From positions 249,778 through 313,777 of the forward strand of contig JBMFIG010000001.1 of the NCBI GenBank assembly GCA_049976425.1: a stretch of DNA of 64,000 nt, given 5' to 3'. Positions 17,445 through 27,313 of this stretch are shown here, one piece after another; the stretch's first letter is position 1; every line of letters starts with the position of its first letter. The translations under genes and the position numbers were made by a program. The notes below the pieces were generated by a model. The model ran no database searches, had not been told where the DNA came from, and worked only from the letters and a program-made list of their open reading frames with translations. The stretch comes from Thermoproteus sp. (GTDB lineage Archaea; Thermoproteota; Thermoprotei; Thermoproteales; Thermoproteaceae).

Positions 17445-18401
17445 CTACTTGCAGACGCCCTTTGTGAGGCAGAGGTAGCCTCGCTCGTTCGCCTTTATCA
17501 GCTCTGCCCTCATCTTCAGAAGCCTCTTGAGCGCCTCGGATTTGACGAGGCGCCAGTCGTCGCCTCTCGGAACCGCCAGTCTGACCAAGACTATTACATA
17601 GTCCTTATCGCTCTGCTCGTTGAGGTAGACGCCCCTCACATCTAGGTCGGACAGCAACTCCCTGATCTGCCCCTCGAGCTTGTCGACGTCTATCACCGAC
17701 AGCGGGAGCTCTACCCTCACGTTGACTATGCGTTGTTGCGACCACTGCGACGTCGACTCGTCGACTACCGCTCCGCCCAGCAGTATCGAGTTGGGTATCT
17801 TCAGCTCGTTGCCTTGATCCGTCACCACGACCGTGTAGAACAGATTTACCTCGACCACTTTCCCCTTGAAGCCGGGGTGTATGTAGTCAGGCGAGAAGTA
17901 CTTGTAGGGAGGGTTGAGGGCCCATTGGTACGGCACCTGCCAGTTGAGCACCCTCACCACGTCGCCCACCCTGACGAAGTTCGTCGCTATTATGAGAATG
18001 CCGGCGAATAGATTGCCCAAGGTAGGCTGGAGCGCAAGGCCGAGTACAATGCCGGCGACCGTGCCGCCCAACAACGCTATCTGGCTGGTCGCCCCTATCT
18101 TTAAGAACCCGGCGGTTATAGCCGCTATGTAGCCCAACACCTTGAACGTGTTCCCCACCGCATACGCCCTATCGCCTATCTTCGGCCACAAGACCGATAT
18201 TATGAAGTCGCCCAGCGCCTTGACTCCGGCCACGCCAGCGCCGATTATAACGGCCGCCTTGGCTACGTCGAAGACGTAGGACGGCAGGCCCTTAAGCTCG
18301 GCGGCGAGAATATCGATCAATATATAGATCGCGGCCCCTACTACTCCGATGGATATCAGCTCGGATACTACCCTTAGCAGAGCCAGGGTAGCCCGCCTCA
18401 T
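17445..18401 (-). CDS. mscS: MscS-family mechanosensitive channel
   Basis: GIVLGLALQPTLGNLFAG, VRVGD, IPNS motifs. Confidence 0.88.
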   Translation of the reverse strand: MRRATLALLRVVSELISIGVVGAAIYILIDILAAELKGLPSYVFDVAKAAVIIGAGVAGVKALGDFIISVLWPKIGDRAYAVGNTFKVLGYIAAITAGFLKIGATSQIALLGGTVAGIVLGLALQPTLGNLFAGILIIATNFVRVGDVVRVLNWQVPYQWALNPPYKYFSPDYIHPGFKGKVVEVNLFYTVVVTDQGNELKIPNSILLGGAVVDESTSQWSQQRIVNVRVELPLSVIDVDKLEGQIRELLSDLDVRGVYLNEQSDKDYVIVLVRLAVPRGDDWRLVKSEALKRLLKMRAELIKANERGYLCLTKGVCK

Positions 18402-19315
18402 TCCTCCTCGCCCTCCTCCAGGCTTTTAGGCTCTGCGGGCATTAGCTTGTACAGCTCTTTCCTACGCGCCTCCAGCAACTCGTCCTCTCTGCCGAGCAGG
18501 CCCGCATATGTCTTGACCTCCACGCCGGCCTCCGAGGCGGCCTTGAAGACCGGCTCGAGCTTGGCCCTCCAGTCGAGGTCCCTCAAGGCGTGGTGGGCCA
18601 CTACAAGCGTCTCTAGGCCGGGCATCCGGGCCAGCCTAGCCAGATAGCCCACGCCGATGCTCCACTCAAAGCCGGCTAGGTACGTGGGCGGCCCGCCGAC
18701 GACGGCTATGGTCGGCCTGGCCTCCTCGGCGAAGCGGACAGCCGCCTCGTTGGCCGGCCCCTGCACGTCCGGCATATACAGGAGGCGCTCCTCGCCGTCC
18801 TCTACCAGAAACGCCAGCACGAAGCCTGTCTTGGCGCCTTCAGGTCCGTGGGGCAACGGCGGCGAGGCGGTCACCGTGGTGCGGTCGAACCGATAGCTCT
18901 TGCCATCCGCGTACTCTATCTCCGCTATCTTCTCCACAGCCTTCTTGAAGCCGTAGTGCCGCCTGCGCTGGCTCCAGTTGATGCCCTGAGGCGACTTCGC
19001 CAATATCAATTTCTTCTTGTATATCTCGACGTACGTCGAATCGTCTGTGGCCATGTAGACGCTCTTGTACCACGGAGTGAAGTGATCTCTATGGTAGTGG
19101 GATACCGTCACCACGTCTGCGGCCGCCGCATACTCAAGAAGTTTGGCCCGCAGTTCTTGCACCCTCCTTATCTCTAATGGATGTGGGGGAAGGCCAAAGC
19201 GTCTGGGGGATAGGGAGATCCCTGCATCGAACAGGATAGCCACGTCGCGCGTCTTCACGAACAGCGCCATGGACCTCACCCCCAGGCTTTCCTCCGCTAT
19301 GGGCACTACCTCCAC
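18398..19315 (-). CDS. Metallo-beta-lactamase-fold hydrolase (UPF0282-like)
   Basis: AEESLGVRSMA, SHYHRDH, DVQGP, HHALRD. Confidence 0.8.
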   Translation of the reverse strand: MEVVPIAEESLGVRSMALFVKTRDVAILFDAGISLSPRRFGLPPHPLEIRRVQELRAKLLEYAAAADVVTVSHYHRDHFTPWYKSVYMATDDSTYVEIYKKKLILAKSPQGINWSQRRRHYGFKKAVEKIAEIEYADGKSYRFDRTTVTASPPLPHGPEGAKTGFVLAFLVEDGEERLLYMPDVQGPANEAAVRFAEEARPTIAVVGGPPTYLAGFEWSIGVGYLARLARMPGLETLVVAHHALRDLDWRAKLEPVFKAASEAGVEVKTYAGLLGREDELLEARRKELYKLMPAEPKSLEEGEEE

Positions 19316-19386
19316 GCCGAAAAGCGCCGGTGGCGTATATTAAGGTTATCCGCCTCCGGCGCGTTTTGGCGGGCGCCGCGAGTCGG

Positions 19387-20337
19387 TCAGCGGAGCTCCT
19401 CGGACAGAGCGACTATGAGCTCCACCGTGTACCTCAAGTCGTCTTTGTGGACCATCTCCACCGGCGAGTGGGAGTATTTCGAGAGTATGCCGATGGACAC
19501 GGCGGGTATCCCCGATACGAAGAAGGCGGCCGCGTCGGTCCCTCCGCCGCCTGCGCCTATCTGGACCGGGATGCCTCTCCTCCTCGCTATTTCCAAAATC
19601 TTCTTGGCCAGCTTGTTGTTGTAGGCGCCGTAGTTGTCGAAAATTCTGATTACGGGTCCCTGCCCCGGCTTAACGCCCCCCGTGAAGTTCGGGTGGCAAC
19701 AGGCGGTTGTATCCACTATCACTGCGCTCTTTATGTTGGATCTGCTAGCCAGAGCTCTCGCGCCCATGAGGCCCACCTCCTCCTGGACTGTCCACACGAA
19801 AGTTGCGTCGGCCCCTCTCCTATAGGCCTCAAGAAGCGCCCAACATCCCGATCTATCGTCGACGGCAGTGGCCGAGATGAACTTGCCCATCTCCGCGTAG
19901 CGTCTGGAGAAGGCGGCAGGCGTCATCGGCGCAATCCCCAGAGACTCCGCCTCTTGTCTGCTCGACACGCCTATATCTATGTATAGGTCCTGCCAGGAGA
20001 TCTGTTGTTGCTGTTGCTGGAAGTGTGGAGGGGCTATGCCTATCACCCCCTCCAACCTGAAGCCGTCGCCGTAGAGCGTCACGGCGGTTCCGGGCAAGAT
20101 CTTGTCGTCGATCCCGCCGACCTTTCTGAACTTAAGCCTTCCGTCGTCCTCGATCGAGGTCACCAGCAACCCGACCTCGTCCATATGGGCAACGAAGGCT
20201 ATCCCCGACCTGCCGCCGACAGCTACATTGCCGAAATCGTCCACCGAGGCGTCGCCCACAGCCTCCAATATCTTGCGCCTTACGTCGTCTTCGAAGCCGG
20301 AAACCCCGTAGGCTCCCGTAAGCGCCGCCAAATCCAT
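19387..20337 (-). CDS. M42 family (TET) aminopeptidase
   Basis: GVSGFE, AHMDEVG, DDRSG, QEEVGLMGA, GGTDA, YSHSPVE. Confidence 0.92.
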   Translation of the reverse strand: MDLAALTGAYGVSGFEDDVRRKILEAVGDASVDDFGNVAVGGRSGIAFVAHMDEVGLLVTSIEDDGRLKFRKVGGIDDKILPGTAVTLYGDGFRLEGVIGIAPPHFQQQQQQISWQDLYIDIGVSSRQEAESLGIAPMTPAAFSRRYAEMGKFISATAVDDRSGCWALLEAYRRGADATFVWTVQEEVGLMGARALASRSNIKSAVIVDTTACCHPNFTGGVKPGQGPVIRIFDNYGAYNNKLAKKILEIARRRGIPVQIGAGGGGTDAAAFFVSGIPAVSIGILSKYSHSPVEMVHKDDLRYTVELIVALSEELR

Positions 20338-20470
20338 ATAGGATAAACCTAAGCTGAATTAAATTAGTTGCGTTGAGATGCGCTTGAGGCGTCCCTCGGC
20401 GGCCGTATCTTCTAGGATAGAGCTAATTATTTTCCGGACAGCGCCTATATTATCGAGCCGCTGTAGCTCC

Positions 20471-21229
20471 ATGTTGCGGATCCTAGAGCCGGAGCCGCGC
20501 GAGGCCGCGGCGTTCATAAATACAAACCGCAGAAGGGGGCTTATCGCGGTGTTCTGCATATGTGGAGGCACATATAGGGGACGGGCGGCGGCCGACCTCC
20601 CGACAGGCCCCTACCTGATCTTAATCAAGCCGGACGGATCGTTGTTGGTGCACGGCTCCGAGAAGGCGACGCCCTTAGTGTGGAACCCTCCAGGCTCCTC
20701 TAATATGGCTGTTGTCGAGGGCGGGACCCTCGTGCTGAAGTCCTTGAGGACTAGGCCTAGCGAGTCTGTGGTCCTCAAGGTAGAGAGGGTTTTCGAGATT
20801 GTCCTCTTCGATGCTGGGAGCTCGTCGGTGAGGTTGCGCGGCACCGAGAAGGACGTCGTCGACGTGCTCGTAAAGAACCCCGACATCATAGAGCCGGGTC
20901 TTAAGGTAGTCGGCGTCGAGGTGCCCACCGAGGCCGGACATATAGACATATTGGCCATCGACAAGGACGGCGAGTATATAGTCGTCGAGGTCAAACGGGA
21001 TGTGGCAGATCACGAGGCGGTCTTTCAGCTACGCCGCTATGTAGAGGCCGTGGCCAAGGCCCGCGGACGGGCGCGGGGGATCCTCGTCGCCGCCGACATA
21101 ACATCGTCGGCCTTTCACTATCTTAGAGAGTACAATCTAGATTTTGTAAAGATCAGGCCTAGGGAGTTGGCGGAGAAACTTTTAAATAAGACCGACTTTA
21201 GGGATACGTCTATCGACGTGGAGAAATAA
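20471..21229 (+). CDS. nucS: Endonuclease NucS/EndoMS
   Basis: YRGRA, IKPDGSLLVH, P..WNPPG, GHIDILAID...VVEVKR, QLRRY. Confidence 0.92.
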   Translation: MLRILEPEPREAAAFINTNRRRGLIAVFCICGGTYRGRAAADLPTGPYLILIKPDGSLLVHGSEKATPLVWNPPGSSNMAVVEGGTLVLKSLRTRPSESVVLKVERVFEIVLFDAGSSSVRLRGTEKDVVDVLVKNPDIIEPGLKVVGVEVPTEAGHIDILAIDKDGEYIVVEVKRDVADHEAVFQLRRYVEAVAKARGRARGILVAADITSSAFHYLREYNLDFVKIRPRELAEKLLNKTDFRDTSIDVEK

Positions 21230-21423
21230 TTCACTTGTATCACTCACATATAAAGATATATTTGCTGTTCATATTTAAATAGATTTACTTATTTATTGGT
21301 ACAATTATTGTATCAATATCAATATTATATTTTTTATTTTTCAGTAATATCTTTCAGAATCGGGCGGTCGTTCTGGAGTCTTAGCTAAAAAGCTTTCTTT
21401 TAAATTAATATCGATGTATCTAC

Positions 21424-21660
21424 ATGTACTGGGTATTAGTAGACTGGAAGGAAGGCCGCGTCCTAGTGACGGGCCGGCCTTCCGATGTCGACGAGCTGAG
21501 GGAGTGGGACGTGGCGTACGAGGCAGAGAGCTGGGATGAAGCTTACCAGGCGGCCTTATTGATAGCGGACGAGGAGGACTTCGTCGTCGAGTGGTATCTG
21601 GAGGAGGAGATCGGACGGAAGACCAAAAAGCGCCTAGTGGGCCTTAAGAACGTCCAGTAA
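21424..21660 (+). CDS. Small acidic hypothetical protein
   Basis: 78 aa, downstream of an AT-rich promoter region. Confidence 0.7.
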   Translation: MYWVLVDWKEGRVLVTGRPSDVDELREWDVAYEAESWDEAYQAALLIADEEDFVVEWYLEEEIGRKTKKRLVGLKNVQ

Positions 21661-22983
21661 TATTTCCACTCCTCTCATAGCCATCCTCTCCGGTATCACT
21701 AACGGCGGTGCGATCCTCACGGTCGAGAGGCCGGCGCCTATAACAGCCAGACCGCGCTTGAAGCTCTTCAGCAGGACCTCGTCTAGGTATTTGGCAGGCT
21801 TCCTCCCCTCGTCGAGGAGCTCGACGCCTATCATCAAGCCGAGGCCCCTCACGTCGTGTCTGCCCTTCAGCTCCTCCGCCAAGGCCTTCTTGATCTCGTC
21901 GCCTAGCCTCGCGGCGTGTTCCAGAAGGCCTTCCTCCTCTATTACGTCTATAGTGGCTAGGGACGCGGCGGCCGCCACGGGATTCCCGCCGAAGGTGTTG
22001 GCGTGGGCGCCCTTGGGGAGCGACATCACGTCGGCTCTGCCTATTATGGCGCCCATCGGCAAGCCGGAGGCTATGGCCTTGGCGGTCGCGATCAGATCCG
22101 GCTCGACGCCGAAGTGCTCGACGGCGAACCAACGGCCGGTCCTCCCGAAGCCTGTCTGGACCTCGTCTACCGCAAGCAGTATCCCGTGCTCTCTGGTGAT
22201 CTTGCGGAGGCCTTGCATGAATCCTCGCGGAGGCACTACGTATCCCCCTTCACCCTGTATCGGCTCTATCAACACGGCGGCTACCTCGTCCGGGCTGACG
22301 AGCCTCTTGAAGACCCACTCCTCGATGAACTCGAGCGCGTACTGACCGCACTCCTCGGGATCTTTGGCCTTGAAGGGGCAGTGGACGGGGTGGGGATAGG
22401 GCACGTGCACCACGTTGGGCATCATGGGCGAGAAGTACTTCCTGTGCACCGGCTTGGACGCCGTGAGAGACATTGAGGCGTAGGTCCTGCCGTGGAACGC
22501 GCCGTAGAACGCTATTATGTAGGGCCTCTGCCCCTTGAAGTATCCCCTGGCTATCTTGACCAGACCCTCGATGGACTCGGTGCCGCTGTTTGTGAAGAAG
22601 ACCTTCTTTTGGCCGGAGATGGGGGCTATGGAGACGAGCTTCTCGGCCAGCCTAACCGCGATCTCGTAGTAGAAGTCGGTGAGGGAGTAGTGGAGGAATA
22701 GCTCCGACTGTCGCCGGATGGCCTCCACGACTTTGGGGTGGGCGTGTCCGGTCGCCGTGACGGCTATGCCGGCGTTGTAGTCGATATAGAGGTTGCCGTC
22801 TACGTCCTCGACGACGGGGCCGTAGCCTCTGGCGATGACGAGAGGATACCAGCGGACGAACGACTGCATGAGCACCGCCTCGTCCCTCCTGATCACCTCC
22901 AGCGCCTTCGGGCCGGGCGGCTCCACCCTCATCGCGGGCACCTTGTCGGGATCTATCTGGGGCCAGTGCCATTTGGGCGGCAT
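21634..22983 (-). CDS. Class III aminotransferase (4-aminobutyrate/acetylornithine type)
   Basis: NSGTES, FHGRT, EPIQGEGG, DEVQTGFGRTG, TFGGNP. Confidence 0.92.
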   Translation of the reverse strand: MPPKWHWPQIDPDKVPAMRVEPPGPKALEVIRRDEAVLMQSFVRWYPLVIARGYGPVVEDVDGNLYIDYNAGIAVTATGHAHPKVVEAIRRQSELFLHYSLTDFYYEIAVRLAEKLVSIAPISGQKKVFFTNSGTESIEGLVKIARGYFKGQRPYIIAFYGAFHGRTYASMSLTASKPVHRKYFSPMMPNVVHVPYPHPVHCPFKAKDPEECGQYALEFIEEWVFKRLVSPDEVAAVLIEPIQGEGGYVVPPRGFMQGLRKITREHGILLAVDEVQTGFGRTGRWFAVEHFGVEPDLIATAKAIASGLPMGAIIGRADVMSLPKGAHANTFGGNPVAAAASLATIDVIEEEGLLEHAARLGDEIKKALAEELKGRHDVRGLGLMIGVELLDEGRKPAKYLDEVLLKSFKRGLAVIGAGLSTVRIAPPLVIPERMAMRGVEILLDVLKAH

Positions 22984-23027
22984 GTCTACACATACCTACC
23001 TTCTATTAAAGTTATATAGCCCTATTT

Positions 23028-23090
23028 AGTCAGCTGGCTCCTAAATCGTCACCGGGCGTAGCCCCTCGGGAACCCAGCCCCAATCACCGC
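23028..23090 (-). ncRNA. Candidate C/D-box methylation guide sRNA
   Basis: Minus strand: C GTGATTG, guide GGGCTGGGTTC, D' CCGA, loop, C' GTGACGA, guide TTTAGGAGCCAG, D CTGA. Confidence 0.65.
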
Positions 23091-23136
23091 GGATACTACG
23101 GATCCGAATTTTTAAGCTCATTTCGGGGAACCGGAC

Positions 23137-23889
23137 ATGGCGGTGTTGGAGATTAGGAATCTGCACGTCGCCGTAGACGGCAAGAGGATACTTAGAGGCG
23201 TCACTCTGTCGGTCAAGTCCGGCGAGGTGGTGGCCTTGATGGGGCCCAACGGTAGCGGCAAGTCCACGTTGTTCCAGACCATAGCGGGCAACCCTCGCTA
23301 TGAGGTCGTGGACGGCGACATTCTCCTAGACGGCGTGTCCATAAAGGGTCTCGCCCCCGAGGAGCGGTTCGCCAAAGGCATCTTCGTCGGGTTCCAGTCC
23401 CCCATCGCGGTTCCCGAGGTCCGCTTCGCCTTTTTGATACAAGCGATGCTTAACAAGAGGGCGGGCAAGAAGCTCGGCGATGCCAATCCGAGGCTGGGCG
23501 AGGCGTATAAGCTCGCCGGCGAGCTCGGGCTGAGGCCCGACGTATTCAATAGAGGAATAGGGGCCGGCTTCAGCGGCGGCGAGTTCAAACGCGCCGAGGT
23601 CCTGCTGGCTTTGATGGTGAAGCCGTCGATAGCCATCCTCGACGAGCCCGACTCGGGCCTCGACGTGGACGGCATGGCAGCCGTGAGCAAGGCCTTGACG
23701 AGGCTAGTTGAGGGCGGGACGGGCGTGCTCCTGTCGACGCACTACGCGCGCATCTTGAAGTTCCTGGAGCCCGACAGGGTCTACGTCATGTACGACGGCA
23801 GGCTCGTCCTTGAGGGAGGGCCCGAGATAGCCAGGAAGGTCGAGGAGGCAGGATACGAACAGCTCTTCAAGGAGTCGGGCCTCCCCTAG
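23137..23889 (+). CDS. sufC: Fe-S cluster assembly ATPase SufC
   Basis: GPNGSGKST, FQSPIAVP, GFSGGEFKR, LDEPDSGLD. Confidence 0.95.
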   Translation: MAVLEIRNLHVAVDGKRILRGVTLSVKSGEVVALMGPNGSGKSTLFQTIAGNPRYEVVDGDILLDGVSIKGLAPEERFAKGIFVGFQSPIAVPEVRFAFLIQAMLNKRAGKKLGDANPRLGEAYKLAGELGLRPDVFNRGIGAGFSGGEFKRAEVLLALMVKPSIAILDEPDSGLDVDGMAAVSKALTRLVEGGTGVLLSTHYARILKFLEPDRVYVMYDGRLVLEGGPEIARKVEEAGYEQLFKESGLP

Positions 23890-23928
23890 CGGGTCGGCAA
23901 CAATATAACTATCATTCGAGATTCCTAC

Positions 23929-25356
23929 ATGGAACAGGGAATCGCCGAGGTCGGCAACGTGGTTGCGGAGGCTGAGCACGTCTCGGAGCTGTTGGGGGTG
24001 GCCAAGCCTGTCCCCTACGCGGTTGAGCTCAAGGGGAGGATAACTAGGGATATGGTGGAGGAGATCAGCCGCCTAAAGGGGGAGCCCGACTGGATGCGGC
24101 GGCTTAGGCTGAGGATGCTGGAGCTGTTCGAGAAGCTCCCGACGCCGAGGTGGGTGAGAGGCATTGGGGAGGTGGACCTCGAGGCGCTGGCCCACTACGC
24201 CAAGCCGCAGACCGAGACGGTGAAGAGCTGGGACGAGCTCCCCAAGGAGATCAGGGAGTACTACGAGAAGCTCGGCCTGCCCGAGATGGAGGCCAAGGCC
24301 CTTCTCGGCCTCGCCACCCAGTTCGACAGCGAGATAGTCTACTTCAACTTCAAGAAAAAGCTCCAGGAGAAGGGCGTCATTATGCTCCCCATGGAGGAGG
24401 CGGTCAAGAAGTACCCCGATCTGGTGAAGCAGTACTTCATGAGGGTCTTCCCGGCCGAGCACAAGTTCGCCGCCCTCCACGGGGCGCTCTGGTCCGGCGG
24501 CACGTTCATATACGTGCCCCCCGGCGTGAGGATAGAGCAACCGCTGGAGACGTTTTTCCTGATCGGCGGCTCCCAGGAGAGCCAGATGGAGCACAGCATA
24601 GTGGTCGCCGATAGGGGGGCGTACGTCCACTGGATAGAGGCTTGCTCGGCGCCGCGGCTCCTCAAGTACAGCTTCCATAACGGGATGGTGGAGGGCTACG
24701 CCCACGAAGGCGCCGATCTCAAGATCACGACCGTCCAGAACTGGTCCCGCGACATAGTCAACTTCAACAACAAGAGGGCGGTGGCGGAGGCCAAGGCCCA
24801 CGTCCAGTGGGTCGAGGGCAGTATAGGCAGCAAGACGACGTACACGTTCCCGTCGACTATACTTAAGGGCGAGGGGGCCTCCACGGAGATCTACGGAATA
24901 ACCGCCGCCAACGGCGGCCTCTGGAAGGAGAACGGGGCCAAGGTGTGGCATCTGGCCCCGGACACCAAGAGCAGGGTCGTCAACAAGAGCATATCGGCGA
25001 GGGGAGGCACGTCGGTGTACAGGGGCATGGTCTACGTGGCTAAGGGGGCCAAATACGCCAGAAGCCACGTCCAGTGCGACGCCTTGGTCCTCGACGGCGA
25101 CTCGGCCAACATCACTATCCCGCACGACCAGGTGTTCGAGGACACCGCAGTAGTCACGCACGAGGCCACGGCCAGCAGAATATCCGAGGAGAAGCTCATG
25201 TACCTCAGATCCAGAGGCTTCACGGAGGACGAGGCGAAGGCCTCCATAGTCCTGGGCTTTGTGTCGGATGTAGTCAAGGACTTGCCGTTCGAATACGCGG
25301 TGGTTCTACAACGCGTCTTGGAGCTGGAGTTCTCGAAGCTCGGCAGAGTCGGCTAG
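23929..25356 (+). CDS. sufB: Fe-S cluster assembly protein SufB
   Basis: KFAALHGALWSGGTFIYVP, IEACSAP, VQNWS, CDAL, HEAT, YLRSRG. Confidence 0.95.
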   Translation: MEQGIAEVGNVVAEAEHVSELLGVAKPVPYAVELKGRITRDMVEEISRLKGEPDWMRRLRLRMLELFEKLPTPRWVRGIGEVDLEALAHYAKPQTETVKSWDELPKEIREYYEKLGLPEMEAKALLGLATQFDSEIVYFNFKKKLQEKGVIMLPMEEAVKKYPDLVKQYFMRVFPAEHKFAALHGALWSGGTFIYVPPGVRIEQPLETFFLIGGSQESQMEHSIVVADRGAYVHWIEACSAPRLLKYSFHNGMVEGYAHEGADLKITTVQNWSRDIVNFNNKRAVAEAKAHVQWVEGSIGSKTTYTFPSTILKGEGASTEIYGITAANGGLWKENGAKVWHLAPDTKSRVVNKSISARGGTSVYRGMVYVAKGAKYARSHVQCDALVLDGDSANITIPHDQVFEDTAVVTHEATASRISEEKLMYLRSRGFTEDEAKASIVLGFVSDVVKDLPFEYAVVLQRVLELEFSKLGRVG

Positions 25357-25392
25357 TAGCGGGGCTAATTTTAATAGGGCATAAATACCTAC

Positions 25393-26022
25393 ATGGCTCA
25401 AACCTCCGCCGTCAAGATCTGCGAGTCCACGGTGGTGGATATCCAGTGCCCCGCCAGGAACTCCTCAGCTCTTTTAGAGCGCGGCGTCAAGATCATGGAG
25501 GAATACGGCATAAGCCGCTACGACCTCATAGGCGTCCTGGTAGCGCTCGGCGCGGATCCGGACGACGCCAAGAAGGCCCTCGGGTTGAGGATAAGCGGCA
25601 ACATAAAGAAGCCAGTCCAGACATTCTACGAGCGGTATAGGCAGAAGCTCGGCGAGGAGGGCGTCGTCAAGGTCCTGCTAGAGCTCTATAGTGCCGCAGG
25701 AGGCGAGTGCCTATGCCCAGTGGGCCCCATAGTCCCGCTGGGCCCCGACAAGTACTTGATCCAGAGGCCGTCAGGCATATATCTGTGCGAGGCCGGGTCT
25801 TGTAAGGAGATAGCGCCCGAGCCAATAGCCTTGTACGACCACCCTCAGGGGTGCCAGCTATACAATCCCGCCCTCCAGATAGTGGGGCAACCTGTCGCGT
25901 CTGTAGCTTCCCAGATCAAGACGCTTAAGGTCTTGGATCCGGAACTGGTGGCTAGATATCTACTGCCCGCCCTCTGCCGCGATCTGCGCGGCGTTGACCT
26001 GGGCCCGTTCGAATTCTTTTAA
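25393..26022 (+). CDS. Cys-containing hypothetical protein
   Basis: 209 aa, 8 Cys including CLCP, directly after sufCB. Confidence 0.75.
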   Translation: MAQTSAVKICESTVVDIQCPARNSSALLERGVKIMEEYGISRYDLIGVLVALGADPDDAKKALGLRISGNIKKPVQTFYERYRQKLGEEGVVKVLLELYSAAGGECLCPVGPIVPLGPDKYLIQRPSGIYLCEAGSCKEIAPEPIALYDHPQGCQLYNPALQIVGQPVASVASQIKTLKVLDPELVARYLLPALCRDLRGVDLGPFEFF

Positions 26023-26031
26023 TCTACCCCC

Positions 26032-26940
26032 TTGAGGCCCGACGTGGATATCGGCATCATCAGGCCCTACGAGGTGGAATTCCACCCCGGCGATGTGGCG
26101 GATCTCGAGAACGCCATAGTCGAGAGGGGACACCGGCCTGTCAGGATATATATCGATATGTTGGAGGTCAGGCTACAGGGCGGCGTGGAGATATGGCAGG
26201 GCGTAGGCAGAGGGGAGCCGGCCAAGGTGGAGGTGCCGGGAGCTATCTTGAGGCACTTGGGGATTTTCCGCGACTTCGAGCAGTTCTCGTATAGGGTGTT
26301 CGCCGCCAGGGCTGTGGAGATGGCGGGCGCCGTTGTGTTGAACCCCGTCATGAGCTGGGTAGTCGCCAGCGATAAGCTGGCCAGCGCGGCGGTGCTCTCC
26401 AAGGCCGGCATCCCCGTCCCGCCGACTTTGGTCAGCGAGAACATGTTCGCCGCATATAGGGCCGTCTCGGCCTTCGGCGACGTCGTCGTCAAGCCGCTCA
26501 GAGGCAGTATGGGATACGGCGTATTCAGGCTCGACAACCCCGACGTGGCCATGCACGTCTTCTCCATGTTGACCAACCTGAACAAGCCGTTTTACGTCCA
26601 GAAGTTCGTGGAGAAAAACGGCGGCGACTATAGGGTGGTGGTAGTGGGCGGGAGGGCTATAGGCGCCGAGTTCAGAAGGGCGGCTGGCTGGAAGACTAAC
26701 GTGGCGCAGGGAGCCAGGCCTGAGCCGGCCAGACTCACCAAGGAGCTGGAGGAGCTCGCAGTGAGGGCTGTCGAGGTGCTCAACCTAGAGTACGGCGGGG
26801 TCGACATAGCGGAGACCAAGGAGGGCTACTACGTGTTCGAGGTGAACCCGACGATGTCTTGGCAGGGCTTTAAGGCGGCGACCGGCATAAACCCGGCCCC
26901 GTTTATAGTCGAGAGGTTGCTGGAGAAGATAAAGAGGTAG
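26032..26940 (+). CDS. RimK/LysX-family ATP-grasp ligase
   Basis: SDK, VVKPLRGSMG, YVQKFV, DYRVVVVG, WKTNVAQG, FEVN. Confidence 0.9.
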   Translation: MRPDVDIGIIRPYEVEFHPGDVADLENAIVERGHRPVRIYIDMLEVRLQGGVEIWQGVGRGEPAKVEVPGAILRHLGIFRDFEQFSYRVFAARAVEMAGAVVLNPVMSWVVASDKLASAAVLSKAGIPVPPTLVSENMFAAYRAVSAFGDVVVKPLRGSMGYGVFRLDNPDVAMHVFSMLTNLNKPFYVQKFVEKNGGDYRVVVVGGRAIGAEFRRAAGWKTNVAQGARPEPARLTKELEELAVRAVEVLNLEYGGVDIAETKEGYYVFEVNPTMSWQGFKAATGINPAPFIVERLLEKIKR

Positions 26941-26953
26941 CAGACGCCGACAA

Positions 26954-27009
26954 TTTCAGTCCGTCGCGAGCACGCCACGACTCGCGCGAGTTGATACCCC
27001 TCATCACTC
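26954..27009 (-). ncRNA. Candidate C/D-box guide sRNA
   Basis: Perfect C box GTGATGA (27007-27001) and D box CTGA (26959-26956) about 50 nt apart in an intergenic gap. Internal boxes are degenerate. Confidence 0.65.
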
Positions 27010-27031
27010 GATAGAGCTGGCGGCCGGTCTT

Positions 27032-27313
27032 TTAAGCCTTTGAGGGCCGTCTTATCGACATAGCCGTCCTCCTCGCCGACTTGACGGTCCCTTTGACCCT
27101 CACAGTTCTGCAACCGTCGAGGAGGGCCACCAGCGCTCTGGCCTTGCCGACCAGATTCCGGGGCACCCCAAGCACTATCACGTCGTCGTATATCCCCACC
27201 ACGTTGAACTTGACTAACCTGAACTTGAGGCCAACCACCGCCATGAAGTAGTCGCCCAGTGCCTCGAGACACGACGGCGGATCCTCGGCTCTTATTAGAA
27301 GGTATCTATTCAT
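27032..27313 (-). CDS. rnp2: RNase P protein Pop5 (Rpp14/Pop5 family)
   Basis: MNRYLLIR...RALVALL...[12 protein letters not shown], in the conserved rpl15e-exosome-RNase P gene order. Confidence 0.75.
   Translation of the reverse strand: MNRYLLIRAEDPPSCLEALGDYFMAVVGLKFRLVKFNVVGIYDDVIVLGVPRNLVGKARALVALLDGCRTVRVKGTVKSARRTAMSIRRPSKA

Noticed and set aside
24073-25161. Long antisense ORFs (also 43050-43895, 50816-51574, 16230-16916)
   Set aside because: Shadow ORFs opposite well-identified genes, expected from GC-rich codon usage.
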